A stretch of 64,000 nucleotides of DNA from NCBI RefSeq assembly GCF_006345805.1, contig NC_043019.1:22381360-22445359 (forward strand). The letters run 5' to 3'. Below are positions 25,196-38,505 of this stretch, piece by piece. The notes beneath the pieces were generated by a model. The model ran no database searches and was not told the origin of the DNA. It was given only the letters and a program-made list of their open reading frames with translations. The DNA is from Octopus sinensis (taxonomy: Eukaryota). A program made the translations under genes and the position numbers. Each line of letters starts with the position of its first letter. Position 1 is the stretch's first letter.

Positions 25196-25394
25196 ATCAT
25201 TATTATTATCGTTGTTATTATTATTTATTGTCTTTGCACAGCTTCTAATGCTGGAGATGTACTATGGTGTCGGCTGTTCACTACCAGTGAACTAAAGTAA
25301 CACCCCTTATTTTTCGAGCACATTGTAAGCCACACTATAATTTGCAAAAAAATTTATGTGTGCAGAGTATGGATTGACCCTCCAATGCCTTTTT

Positions 25395-25458
25395 TTCCAT
25401 TATTATTATTATTATTATTATTATTGTTGTTGTTGTTATTATTATTATTATTATTATA

Positions 25459-25539
<81 letters not shown>

Positions 25540-25540
25540 C
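25395..25540. repeat. (ATT)n/(GTT)n microsatellite
   Basis: Direct reading. Confidence 0.9.
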
Positions 25541-25929
25541 TTGCTTTGAGATCACAATAAAAAGATACATAAAAGTAATCTAGACTCAGGAAACTGTCAA
25601 AGTATTGGTAGCTTCCTGACAGGTTTGTGGTTGAGCCTGTGGTAGAGGAGACCTCTAGTGTTCTCAACTGCTGGACTGTCACTATCAGGGCAGAGATTGC
25701 TGTCTGAAAGAGTGAGACCCTGTGAGTCAGAATGGCTGTTCCAGTGCATCTCTCTTGTTATCCTTTGAGGCAATGCCTTTTCCATTTTGTCTGTTGGTGC
25801 CATGAGAAAAAAGTGACAAGTTGAATTTGTTTAAAGTGCAATCTTTTGTTCAAAAATTCTTTGGCTACTGAATAACGAAGGCATATCATTCAAGGTATAA
25901 AAAGGATAAATATATAAAGATATATGTGC

Positions 25930-26275
25930 GAAGGCACATGGCTCAGTGGTTAGAGCGTCGAGCTTACGATCGTGAGGTTGTGAGCTCAAATACCGGACCG
26001 GGCTACGTGTTGTGTTCTTGAGCAAGACACTTTATTTCACATTGCTCCAGTTCACTCAGCTGTAGAAATGAGTTGCGACGTCACAGGTGCCAAGCTGTAT
26101 CGGCCCTTGCCTTTCCCTTCTTTCCCTTGGATAACACTGGTGGCATGGAGAGGGAAGGCCGGTATGCATGGGCGACTGCTGGTCTTCCATAAACAACCTT
26201 GCCCAGACTTGTGCCTGGGAGGGTAACTGTCTAGGTGCAATCCCATGGTCAGTGTCGTGACTGAAGGGGGTCTCA
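25930..26275 (+). mobile_element. tRNA-derived CORE SINE family D
   Basis: gaaggcacatggctcagtggttagagcg head, CORE-like ttcttgagcaagacacttt...cactcagctgtagaaatgagt; homologous to 35991-36325. Confidence 0.85.
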
Positions 26276-26727
26276 GATATATTAAGATATAAATGAAGAG
26301 ATTTCAGTACTTTATCATTTGATAAAAATCTAAGTAAAATGTAAGCCGTGCTGTTCAGGATGGGATGTATTTTTTATTTCATAAACATCAGGTTTACCAG
26401 GGGTATTTTCAAGAAACTCATTTACAAGACCTTTTCCTTCTGACTCCGTGTGTGCTAGTTACAGCTGGTGTTGTTTGTGTCTTCAAGTGCCACATTCTGC
26501 TAATCTTGATTTCAAGGTTTTTGTATTTCACAAATTCATCAAACTCTTTAGTAATATGGTATAGTCACCACTTTAATATTATCAAGTACATTAAACATTT
26601 ATAAGTCAATATTATGTTCTACTTTTCCTGTTAGCAATGCGATTCAATCACTTTTTAAAGCTTTCTCCACAGATTTCCTATAGAAATTAGAGCCAGCACT
26701 CAAAGTTACGATATTTCATATATGAAA

Positions 26728-26758
<31 letters not shown>

Positions 26759-26816
26759 GTTTAACGTCCGCTTTCCATGCTAGCATGGGTTGGATGATTT
26801 GACTGAGGACTGGCGA

Positions 26817-27232
26817 CTCTTTTACTCTTTTATTTGTTTCAGTCATTTGACTGTGGCCATGCTGGAGCACCGCCATTAGTAGAGCAAATTGATCCCAGAA
26901 CTTATTCTTTGTAAGCCTAGTACTTATTCTATTGGTCTCTTTTGCTGAACTGCTATGTTATGGGGACGTAAACACACCAGCATTAGTTGTCAAGCGATGT
27001 TGGGGGACAAACACAGACACACAAACATATACACACACATTCATATCTATATCTATATATATATATACATATATTTGATGGGCTTCTTTCAGTTTCCGTC
27101 TACCAAATCCACTCACAGGGCTTTGGTCAGCCTGAGGCTATAGTAGAAGACACTTGCCCAAGGTACCATGCAGTGGGACTGAACCCGGAACTATGTGGTT
27201 CGTAAGCAAGCTACTTACCACACAGCCACTCC
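26817..27232 (-). mobile_element. SINE family A
   Basis: Consensus match; inserted in an RTE 3' tail fragment (26725-26816). Confidence 0.8.
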
Positions 27233-27939
27233 TAAACAATGTGAAAGTTAGAAAAATAGATAATAGGTGTATATGCATATTTCAGGGGGTATTGCCCCTT
27301 CTTCAACACCACATCCTCCCTATTGACCATCTACAAACACATCGCTTAAACAGCCACTAAGTTTAGAGTTTAGTGGTGTAATATGATTGGATTGACCAAT
27401 TTACATATTGCACACATTCCTGGCAACTGGTACGTACATATTGATTACTGGTAGGTACATTGTGTTTTGTTTTGCATCCATATTATACAACCACATACAT
27501 CAAAGTCAATACTGCATGCTATTTTTTGTGCTGTGAATCCAGTTGTAGAAACCATGCTGAACATGACATTGAAGCCCAGTTCAGCCCAACTCAGCCCTAC
27601 AGTTTGCTGGTTTCCTGTCAGACCATCCTACCCATGCAAGCATTGAAAGTGGACATTAAATGATGATGATGATGATTCTAATAACGATAATGACAGTACT
27701 TTCAGTTTCCATTTACTAAATGCATTCTCAAGGCTTTGGTCATTCCAGATCTATAGTAGAATACACCTGCTCAATAATGTGCCATGCAGTGGGACTGAAC
27801 CCAGAACCATGTGGTTGGGATGCAAATTTCTTACCACACAGCCACGTTTGTGCTTTTACCAGTATGGAAGACAGACATGAAATGATGGTGATAATGTTGA
27901 TGATACATATGTATATATATATATATATATATCATACCA

Positions 27940-28310
27940 GTGGCACATAAAAAGCACCATTTGAGCGTGATCATTACCAGCATCACCTTACTGGAATTGT
28001 GCCGGTGGCACGTGAACAAAACATTCGAGTGAGGTCGTTGCCTGTGTCGTTGGACTGACTCCTGTGCAGCTGGCACGTAAAAAACACCATTTGAGTGTGA
28101 CCGTTTCCAGGACTGCCCCTCGTGCTAGTGGCGTGTAAAAGCACCCACTACACTCTTGGAGTGGTTGGCATTAGGAAGGGCATCCAGCTGTAGTGACTCT
28201 GCCAGATCAGATTGGAGCCTGGTGCAGCCATCTGGTTCGCCAGTCCTCAGTCAAATCGTCCAACCCATGCTAGCATGGAAAGTGGACGTTAAATGATGAT
28301 GATGATATAT
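27940..28310 (+). mobile_element. RTE LINE 3' UTR fragment
   Basis: gtggcacgtaaaa repeats, gagtggttggcattaggaagggcatccagctg, ccaacccatgctagcatggaaag...(GAT)n tail, matching the 3' end of the RTE at 43838-46635. Shorter tail fragments occur at ~19655, 36330-36650, 39965-40150, 43550-43800, 47700-47850 and 55490-55610. Confidence 0.8.
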
Positions 28311-29849
28311 ATATATATAACACATATATACATATATATACTCACATATTCATACACACACACACACATTAATGTTTGTTTTTATGTCAAGTTATATATA
28401 AAAGCTATTTTATTTTAAACTGAAGGATTACTCAACACATTTTGTAGAGTACAAAATTTATTATTGTTTTACACGAAAAAGGGTGACGGTGACTTCAATG
28501 TTTCGATCTATCTCCAGACAATGAAGGCTAGCAGGCTGGAACTACTTCGAAGACACTGTCACCACTCTTCTTGTAAAAGTATAATGTATACAATCATCAT
28601 CATCATCATCATCATCATCATTTAATACCTGTTTTTCCATGCTGGCATGGTTTTAATGGTTTGACAGGTTTAACAGGATCTTGTGAACAGGATCTTGCAT
28701 CATATATGTGTGTGTGTGTGTGTGTGGTGTGTGTGTGTGTGTGTCTGTATATCTGTCTTTATAATGTTCAGTGACATTTGCCCCTAACTCCAAAGGAATC
28801 CAATAGACTGTTTTACCTTCTACCTTAGAAACAAACTAAATAACCTGTTTCTGCTCCCTTCTCAATATATCCCCCCCTCATCTTGTCTCTCATTGACCTA
28901 TATCTATTTCCACCCTCCACCCTCCACCCCCATATCCCTCAAATTTATATTTTTTATCTATTATCATTTGGGATAATTTACACCCTTACCCCCCACATAC
29001 CTCCACCCCTACCCCACTGACTCTTTATTCTTTTTGTTAATTTCTTTATGGAAGACTCTTCAAACTTGATCATAATGCCCCCTTTTTTTTTATGATTTGA
29101 CTTCCAAGTCCTGCCAGGGTTAACTTGCCCTTCTGAAGTGAATAAACTCCAGCATCCATCAATTGGTAGGATTAACCTTAACCCTAAACCTAACCCAACA
29201 TATTCTTTTCTACTCTAGGCACAAGGCCCCAATTTTTTTTTGTGTGGGGGGGGGGGCAGTTGATTGGATCAACTCCAGTATGCAACTGGTACTTAAATTA
29301 TCGACCCCGATAGGATAAAAGGCAAAGTCAACCTCAGTGGAACTTGAACTCAGAACGTAAAGACAGACGAAATTCCGCTAAGCATTTTGCCTGGCATGCT
29401 AACGTTTCTGCCAGCTCGCCGCCTTCCTAACCCAACATATTAGGGTATATACAGTCACTTAGTTCTTCACATCTCCCACCTTCCCAACATTAACCACCAA
29501 ATCCACTCACAAGGCTTTGGTCAGCCCGAGGCTATTGTAGAAGACACTTGCCCAAGGTGCCACGCAGTGGGACTGAACCTGGAACCACACAACCGCTCCT
29601 ATGCCTAAGCCTGGTACTTATACTATTGGTTTCTTTTGCCAGACTGCTAAGTTATGGGGATGCAAGTACACCAACACCGGGGGGACAAACATAGACACAA
29701 GGACACACACAACAGGCTCCTTTAATTTTCCATCTGCTAAATCCATTTATATAGCTTCAATCAGCCTAAGGCTATAATAGAAGACACTTACCCAAGGTGC
29801 CACGCAGTGGGACTGAACTCGGAACCATGTGGTTGGGAAGCAAGCTTCT

Positions 29850-30265
29850 TATTTCTTTATTGCCTACAAGGGGCTAAACATAGAGGGGACAAAAAAGGAC
29901 AGACAAAGGGATTAAGCTGATTATATTGACCCCAGTGCAAAACTGGTACTTAATTTATCGACCCCGAAAGGGTGAAAGGCAAAGTCGACCTCGGTGAAAT
30001 TTGAACTCAGAATGTAATGGCAGATGAAATACCTATTTCTTTACTATCCACAAGGGGCTAAACGCAGAGGAGACAAACAAGGACAGACAGATATTTAAGT
30101 CGATTATATCAGCCCCAGTGCGTAACTGGTACTTAAATTATTGACCCCGAAAGGGTGAAAGGCAAAGTCGACCTCGGCGAAATTTGAACTCAGATCATAA
30201 CAGCAGATGAAATACTGCTAAGCATTTCGCCCGGCGTGCTAATGTTTCTGCCTGCTTGCCACCTT
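29850..30265 (-). mobile_element. SINE family B, dimeric form
   Basis: Same two-monomer layout and internal junction (aatacctatttctttacta) as 11350-11768. Confidence 0.8.
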
Positions 30266-31072
30266 AAGCAAGCTTCTTACCACACAGCTACACCTGGTAA
30301 CAAAAGGGTTAAATATTGTATGACTCCATTTATGTGTTCTGTAACTCAGCTGACACTAATCCCTGATTCTTATAAACTTCTGTTTTAAAGTGATCTGAAT
30401 AAAAGCTTTTTCCTTGAAATTTCATACACACACACACATCCACATTTACGACAGGCTTGTTTCAGTTTCCATCCACTTACAAGGCTTTGGTTAGCCCAGA
30501 GCTGTACTAGAAGACAATTGCCCAAGGTACCAAGCAGTGGGATTGAACTCAAGACCACATGCTTAGGAAGCAAGCTTCTTAACCATGCAGTCACACTTGC
30601 TCTTGTTTCGTTTAAATCTAAAAACACTAAAGAATTTACTAAAATAACCTTGTCGTTTATAAGCTGACTTTTAGAATATAAATTTGCATGAGAATATGAT
30701 GGAATGTTTTCATTAAAGTCAGTTTAACGCTTTTGTTACTGTATTTCTATTGAAATGCACCATCTTTGGTTTAGTTAATTTTGAAAAATAATGAAGAATC
30801 TAGTACAATAATAGTCATTTTTAAGCTAGTATTTGGAACATAAATTAAAATGAAAATGTTTTGGAAGGTTTTAATTTAGGTCTCGCAAAAGCAGGAAGTT
30901 TGTATCATAGAACCAGAGAGAAATCTCAGACAGATTGATATTAAATAGTTAGGATCTTTGAATTTTAGATTTTGCTTTCACGTTTGGAATTTCTTCTCTA
31001 AATCTCTTCTAGATTCTGCTATAAAACCTACATCATCAACAGATATTAAGTCACAGGGGCAGTCAGTCTTAA

Positions 31073-31292
31073 CCCTTTCATTACTGTATTTATTTTGAGA
31101 TGTTCTGTGTTTCTTTCAATTAATTTAAATATAACAAAGAATTTAGTAAAATAACTTGTTATCATTGAGCTAGTGTTAGGCGCATAAATTGTGACTAAGG
31201 TTTGGTGGAAGATTTGAATTCAAAACTTATGAAAACAAGACATTTGTACTACAGAGCCAGAGCCGGTTTCAGCCGGGTTGGTCACGAAAGGG
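31073..31292. mobile_element. piggyBac-like MITE (220 bp)
   Basis: TTAA|CCCTTTC...GAAAGGG|TTAA; homologous to 55162-55381. Confidence 0.85.
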
Positions 31293-31594
31293 TTAAACTA
31301 CTCTGTTATGGCTTGGAGGAGTATAATAAACTCAATGAGCACTAAGTGCTAACCCTAACCCTAATGGACTACTGCTACCTGCATAATGAATCCATCACTA
31401 AACCGCTTACTGGTTCTTACCTTGTTGGCTGTACACCTATACATGGCCTGCTCAGCCTTTACAAGCCATTTCTCTACTCATGAAGTTGGTTCTTCACTGA
31501 CCTTTGATAGTTGGATATCTTCTGTGTTTCTTGAATTTATGCAGGTCTCTCAAGTTTTTTTGGCAAAGTATTGAAAAACTTCTGGCATCTTCTT

Positions 31595-31985
31595 ATTCTT
31601 TTCTTTTATTCTTTTACTTGTTTCAGTCATTTGACTGTGGCCATGCTGGAGCATCACCTTTAGTCGAACAAATCGACCCCAGCACTTATTCTTTGTAAGC
31701 CTAGTACTTATTCTCTTTTTCAGAACCGCTAAGTTACGGGACGTAAACACACCAGCATCGGTTGTCAAGTGATGGTGGTGGCGGTGGCGGTGGTGGTGGT
31801 GGTGGGGACAAACACAGACATGCAAATAGTCACACACACACACACATGCAGATGATGGGTTTCTTTCACAAGGCTTTGGTCAGTCTGAGGCGATAGTTGA
31901 AGACACTTGCCCAAGGTGCCACACTGTAAGACTGAACTTAGAACCATGTGATTTAGAAACAAACTTCTTACCACACAGCCATACC
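31595..31985 (-). mobile_element. SINE family A (diverged)
   Basis: Consensus match with an internal deletion. Confidence 0.75.
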
Positions 31986-32954
31986 TGCATCTGTTGGGCA
32001 ACTGACTGCATAGTTTCTTTTTCTATATCTATAAAACAGTCCTTGGACGAAAATTGTATGCACATTTGACTATGACGGTCAATGGCGGTCAAACGGAGGC
32101 TAGGATTGAGCTGAAAATTGGCAGAGATACTAAATGTGTGGTGAGGATGAGACCCGCAATGGTCAAAATTTCGCAAGCTATAAAGATGTGGTTGCTATGG
32201 CAAAAAAAGTGATTTTTATCGATTCAAGGGGGCCCAGAGCCCCTCTAGGTTTGTGCGATTGGCTTTTAATGCCCAGCGGCATGCACTGCAGGCTGTTGTG
32301 CTTAATAAACATACATTTTGTCGTGAAATTCCGGCTACTAGGAAACGATTTTTCATTGTGAAAAAACGAGTGCTTTTTGCCCTCATTTTCTTTTTAATCT
32401 TTTTATAAAAGTAAAAGGATTTCGTCTATTTATTTCTGCTGTCCACTTACGATTGTGATTCAGTTGACTAGGAAAACTATACGTGATGAATATCCAATAC
32501 CAAACTATCTTAATCTACATATTGAAACTGCATTAAACTTCGGCAAGCTTACCTTTACCTATTCTGAGTTACTTGAAAGGTGATGTTCCCTTCCCTCTCT
32601 TCTGATTGTTCAAACCTTTTTTTTTATCTTTGATACCGTTGTTTCACTTTAAGGATGCTTCTTTACCCAGCTGTTATGATATTTCGGCTGCTGTCCATTG
32701 CTTCAAATAGGTTTTAGCATTGTCATTCTAGCCTTTTTTAAACACTCACATATGATTCGTCCCAAAGAATCAACCTTTAAATAAGAGTTTTGTTTCCACT
32801 AGTGAAAGCTGTATGTATCTTTCAGGAAGCTCCATACCAATTTGATAAGATGGATACATCGAAACCGGTTATATTTTAACACTCACTTTAACAAAATATT
32901 AAACATTCTCAAAAATAAACTTCTGTGCCTTTTCCAACTTTATGGAAGTAAGTG

Positions 32955-33910
32955 AAAATCAAAATCAAAATCGAAATTGATCAACATCAATGGAAATTGC
33001 AGCTGTGATACCAGTGCCGGTGGGATGTAAGAGAACCATCTGAACGTGGCCGTTGCCAGCGTCGCCCCGACTGGCCTCGTGCCAGCCTCGCCTCGCCCCC
33101 GTGCTGGTGGCACGTAAAAAGCACCATCCAATCGTGGCCATTGCCAGCCTCGCCTCGCCCCTGTGCCAGTGGCACTTAAAAAGCACCATCCGATCGTGGC
33201 TGTTTGCCAGCCTCGCCTCGCCCCTGTGCCAGTGGCACTTAAAAAGCACCATCCAATCGTGGCCATTGCCAGCCTCGCCTCGCCCCTGTGCCAGTGGCAC
33301 TTAAAAAGCACCATCCAATCGTGGCCATTGCCAGCCTCGCCTCGCCCCTGTGCCAGTGCACTTAAAAAGCACCATCCAATCGTGGCCACTGCCAGCCTCG
33401 CCTCGCCCCCGTGCTAGGTGGCACGTAAAAGCACCATCCAATCGTGGCCATTGCCAGCCTCGCCTCGCCCCTGTGCCAGTGGCAACTTAAAAAGCACATC
33501 CAATCGTGGCCATTGCCAGCCTCGCCTCGCCCCTGTGGCCAGTGGCACTTAAAAAGCACCATCCAATCGTGGCCATTGCCACCTCGCCTCGCCCCCGTGC
33601 TGGTGGCACGTAAAAGCACCATCCAATCGTGGCCATTGCCAGCCTCGCCGGCCTCGCCCCTGTGCCAGTGGCATTAAAAGCACCATCCGATCGTGGCTGT
33701 TGCCAGCCTCGTCTGGCACCTGTGCCGGTGGCACGTAAAAAGCACCACCACTACACTCACGGAGTGGTTGGCGTTTGGAAGGCATCAGCCATAGAAACAC
33801 TGCCAGATCAGACTGGGCCTGGTGCAGCCTTCTGGCTTCCCAGACCCCAGTTGAACCGGCCAACCCATGCTTTTGAAAGGGTTGATGATGATGATGATGA
33901 TGATGATGAA
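32955..33910 (+). mobile_element. RTE 3' UTR copy with expanded ~62-bp tandem array
   Basis: Ten ~62-bp units (33121-33741; gcaccatccaatcgtggccattgccagcctcgcctcgcccctgtgccagtggcacttaaaaa), followed by the RTE terminal segment and (GAT)n. Confidence 0.85.
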
Positions 33911-34187
33911 TACATAAGCTTTATCTCCACAAGGTAGAGGGTGAGGATAAGGAAGTGAAGGACAGGGAAGGGAGGATATGGAGAAAAAAGAAAGAAAGCT
34001 GACTCAACCGTTACTGATTACCATAATATTAATAAGAAAGACTTTGAAGGATAATGGAATAAGGGTTATAGGGGGCAAAGCTCTAAACTATGATGGGGGT
34101 GGGAACCATTGCATAGGAATCAAAAGAAACTACTACAACTTAGTAGAGTCATAATAAGAGTAATTAAAAATTAAATGTAAGTAAATA

Positions 34188-34528
34188 CAGTCCCACTGCG
34201 TGGCACCTTGGGCAAGTGTCTTCTACTATAGCCTCGGGCCAACCAAAGCCTTGTGAGTGGATTTGGTAGACGGAAACTGAAAGAAGCCTGTCGTATATAT
34301 GTATATATATATATATGTGTGTGTCTGTGTTTGTCCCCCCAACATCGCTTGACAACCGATGCTGGTGTGTTTACATCCCCATAACTTAGCGGTTCGGCAA
34401 AAGAGACTGATAGAATAAGTACTAAACAAGTACAAAGAATAAGTCCTGGGGTCGATTTGCTTGACTAAAGGCGGTGCTCCAGCATGGCCGCAGTCAAATG
34501 ACTGAAACAAGTAAAAGAGTAAAGAGTA
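34188..34528 (+). mobile_element. SINE family A (5' truncated)
   Basis: Starts at cagtcccactgcgtgg; tail intact. Confidence 0.8.
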
Positions 34529-35071
34529 AATTATTATAAGGTTCTTAAAATTATAAGAAAAAGAGATGCATTAAGATATATCATCCCTCTCTATCCTCCA
34601 CTTCCTTATTACTGCCTTCTGTCTGCTTTGTTGATTTGTGGAGATAAAGCTTGTGTATTGGGTCGATCACAAATGACTTTGATAATTTAGTAGGTTGACT
34701 TGACCTCAAATCATTTTCTTACCACTGGCCAGTAGACATTAAACAACTTCATAATAGATAAACCTAAGACTAATGGAGCCACACCCTCCTCTCTTGTCCA
34801 ATGTAGAGATAATTGGGTCACTGAAAGTTAATTATTCCTTCCCCCTCATAAAAACTCTACTAACCTCTAAATTTCTCTGTTCTGATCAAATATATATTAT
34901 TCTCGTAAATCCATTCTGTCAACTGAAATATTAGCAGAATCACTGTTAATGTTTTGCTTTGTGGATTTTAAACTGTTAAATCATTTTTAATGCCCTTTAT
35001 TTGAAATTCATGAATTCAGCTGACGAAAACGGTTTCTTTACAATTATGTAATGTTTTCATTAATCAATTAA

Positions 35072-35290
35072 CCCTTTAGTGTTCTGATTATTCTATCACA
35101 CATAATGCTTATTGATTCACATTGATTTAAATTAATCGTGCATTATCTCATATCTTCACCATCTTGATGGTGTAATTACTTAATGTAGAATAACATTGTA
35201 GGGTAGGTGTGAGGGCCTGGATCTGGTCAGTTTGAACGTAAGGCAGATTAAATATTTTGGCCGGATATGGCCGGTTTAAATACTAAAGGG
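35072..35290. mobile_element. piggyBac-like MITE (219 bp), second family
   Basis: TTAA|CCCTTTAGT...ACTAAAGGG|TTAA; internal sequence unlike the 31073 family. Confidence 0.8.
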
Positions 35291-35687
35291 TTAAAGGAGT
35301 CATTAGAAATGGCCGTAATGGATTGTCACCTGTACCTCTATTGTTATTCCTTTATATATATATATATCAGAAAATGAGATGACAAAGGAATAAATGATTA
35401 CCTTATGAACTTCATTAGCTTACAGCTGTTTCTGCTACAAGATGTGGTGGATTCATAGTTGAGAGCCTGAGTAACACCTTACTGTCTCCTCAGAGTCTCA
35501 AATATATATATGTATGTGTCTGTGTGTGCATGTATCTATATCTATATATATATATATATCTTATAAGCAAGGGCTAAAGAAAGTTTTCTAAAGCCAATAT
35601 ACTGAAATCCACATTTAATCTACTTGCTACAGAAAGTTGAACTGAAATGCGGGTAACTCTACCTTTGGAACATTTAAATTTCGTTAT

Positions 35688-35746
35688 CTTAATATTGAAT
35701 CAATTTCGGAATCAACACCATAAGTGTTCGTTCGTCTTCAGTTAAG
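35688..35746 (-). ncRNA. Type I hammerhead motif, antisense in CHAC2 intron 1, with C:C mismatch at base of stem II
   Basis: Minus: cttaa CTGAAGA c-gaa-cg-aacac-ttatg-gtgtt-ga-ttc-c GAA attg att caat A ttaag. Stem I 5 bp, stem III 4 bp + 3-nt loop, AUA triplet. Confidence 0.65.
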
Positions 35747-35936
35747 CTTACGAGAGAATATAAGTGAGATACTCACACGTGCCTCTGGAAAACAGCGGAA
35801 GCGAATAACACAAGCAGATCTGAGTAACCCCGTTATATCCAAAAATAAAAGTTTGTAGGTTAAGTCTCAGAACAACCTGTTGACTTGCCGCCGCTACATA
35901 TTGTAGTGGTTACAAGTCCCCCTGCAGCAAGCAGTA

Positions 35937-35990
<54 letters not shown>

Positions 35991-35991
<1 letters not shown>

Positions 35992-36325
35992 AAGGTGCAT
36001 GGCTTAGTGGTTAGAATGTCGAGCTTACGATCGTGAGGTTGTGAGTTCGAATCCCGGACCAGGCTGCGTGTTGTGTTCTTCAGCAAGACACTTTATTTCA
36101 TGTTGCTCCAGTTCACTCAGCTGTTGAAATGAGTTGCGACGTCACATGTGCCAAGCTGTATCAGCCTTTGCCTTTCCCTTGGATAACACTGGTGGCGTGG
36201 AGGGGGGAAGCCGGTATGCATGGGTGACTGCTGGTCTTCCATAAACATCATTGCCCAGACTTGTGCCCTGGAGGGTAACTTTCTAGGTGCAATCTCATGG
36301 TCATTCATGACTGAAGGGGATCTCA
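35991..36325 (+). mobile_element. SINE family D
   Basis: Homologous to 25930-26275. Confidence 0.85.
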
Positions 36326-38289
36326 GCATACATCATCATCATCATCATCGTTTAACATTCATTTTCCATGCTAGCATGGGTTGGATGGTTCAACTGGAGT
36401 CTGGGAAGCCAGAAGGCTGCACCAGGCCTAGTCTGATCTGGCAGTGTTTCTACAGCTGGATGCCCTTCCCAACGCCAACCACTCCGTGAGTGTAGTGGGT
36501 GCTTTTTACGTGCCACCTGCACAGGTGCCAGACAAGACTGGCAAATGACCACGATTGGATGGTGCTTTTTACATGCCACCGGCACGGGGGCCAGACGTGG
36601 CTGGCAATGGCCACAATCGGATGGTGCTTTTTACGTGCCACCAGCACGGAGGCCTTATATATATATGTATGTATGTATGTATGTACATGTACATATATAT
36701 GTACACAAACATACATATGTACATACACGCATACATGCGTCTGTTATTGCTAAGTAATTTTCACAATAGAATGCTTTGGCAGACTTTCAGAATAGCACAC
36801 CAACGTAAGGTGGATCTTCTCCATTTTGATGGGGATCTTTCAAATTTTCTTTTTCTACACCCTTGTAAATGATGGTAGAGAAACTTTGTATGAAAAGGAA
36901 TTTTTGAAAATTTATGAATCTACCCCTCTATCTACCTTCCAGACTGATTTTGTCCACTTTTCCTTTTTGAACTATATACACTTAAAAATAATAGGAGACA
37001 CCCTTTTGTTTCATGAAAAGAAATAAAAATTGTTTCATGAACATACGATGAAAGTAAACAAACAAATAATTTAATCTCAAATGCATGATAATGCTAATAC
37101 AATAGCATGAACAGGAATTACAACCGTGTTTCATGGTCTGCTACCACAACAGCTCCTTTATAGGATCCAGTTAGCTCAAGACATCATCAGGAGGAACCAC
37201 GTCCGGTTTCAGCCCCTACTCCTCTACCGTTTGGACGTGGTGCCCCCCCCCCTTTCGGAGGTGTCTTCAGCTCTGGTATTGGGTGCATGTCTTCTTTCTT
37301 CTGTTCCCTGGCCTCTTCGATGTATCGTCAGCAAGTGTCAGCCGGTGACTGACTGTCTTGTCAATTTTTTCCCTTTAAATACCTGCCGCATAGGCTCCAG
37401 CAGGCAGCCCCAGCAAGTTGTCACGTGACATTGTGTCACCTTATCTGACTAGTGAAGGCGCGTAAACTATCCATATATTGCAGGTAAAAGTTGTTACTGG
37501 CCAGCCATGAGACTATATCTCACATCCCTGTGATTACATATATGTGTGTATAAATGTGTAATATATATATAAATTTATATAATAAGGGTGAAAAATTGAA
37601 TATTAATTTGATGAATATCAATTTAAAACCAGTGGCCTAGCATGTTGAAAAATCTGAAGATTTAGAAAAATTATATTACATATAATTTTCTGAGAACAAT
37701 CTTTTCTTAGTGGTCAGACCATATGGGGTCTACATCTAGCATAATGGATGTCCACTTAGTGGTCATCCCTCTTATATATATATATATGTATATATGACAA
37801 ATAATAAAACAGAGGATATAAAATTGACAAACATCAGCCTGTAAACATTCCAGTATATTTATTTATTGAAATGTACTGGATAAATACATACACCGGTGCT
37901 AATTCTTGCACCTGCACACCCATGCAGTTCAATTGCGCATTTCTTTCTATATGCTTGTATGTTTTCACACCTTTGTTTATGAAGTTACCAGCTTTTTCCA
38001 CTTGCTAATCTGTACCACGCATACATTTGTGTGTATTCATCCAATACATTTCAATGAATAGACATACTGGAATGTTTACCAGCTGATGTCTATCGATTTT
38101 ATATCCTCTTTGTTTTCTTATTTGCCGTATAAATCAAGGGTAAACCACTTTTTACCCCCCCCCCCGCCCATATATAATAGTCAGTTGCAAGATTGCCATG
38201 CAATAACCAACACTTGGCTATGAATAATCGGGTACACTACCAGCAGTATATTGAATAGGTACTATCCCTTAGTTGGTTTCTCAACCTCT

Positions 38290-38419
38290 AACTCACACAG
38301 ATATATATGTGTGTGTGTGTGTGTGTGTGTATGTTTATATAAATATATATATATGTGTGTATGTTTATATAAATATATATATATGTGTGTATATATATAT
38401 ATATATAAATATATATATA

Positions 38420-38476
<57 letters not shown>

Positions 38477-38505
38477 GTATATGTGTGTGTGTGTATATAT
38501 ATGCT
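38290..38505. repeat. Compound (TG)n/(TA)n microsatellite
   Basis: Direct reading. Confidence 0.9.

Noticed and set aside
28478-28575. Possible minus-strand hammerhead (ctggaga tagatc gaaacat)
   Set aside because: Core A6 is changed, stem II is too short and stem I is out of register; at best a relic within a short inverted repeat.
33121-33741. CRISPR-like look of the ~62-bp arrays (also 44008-44549)
   Set aside because: Units are contiguous with no unique spacers, there are no cas genes, and both arrays sit inside RTE LINE 3' UTRs of a eukaryote.
35410-35465. Hammerhead-like GAA acagctgt A on minus (similar remnant at ~1198-1238 on plus)
   Set aside because: A palindromic stem III is present, but the core has a deletion and stems I and II do not pair.
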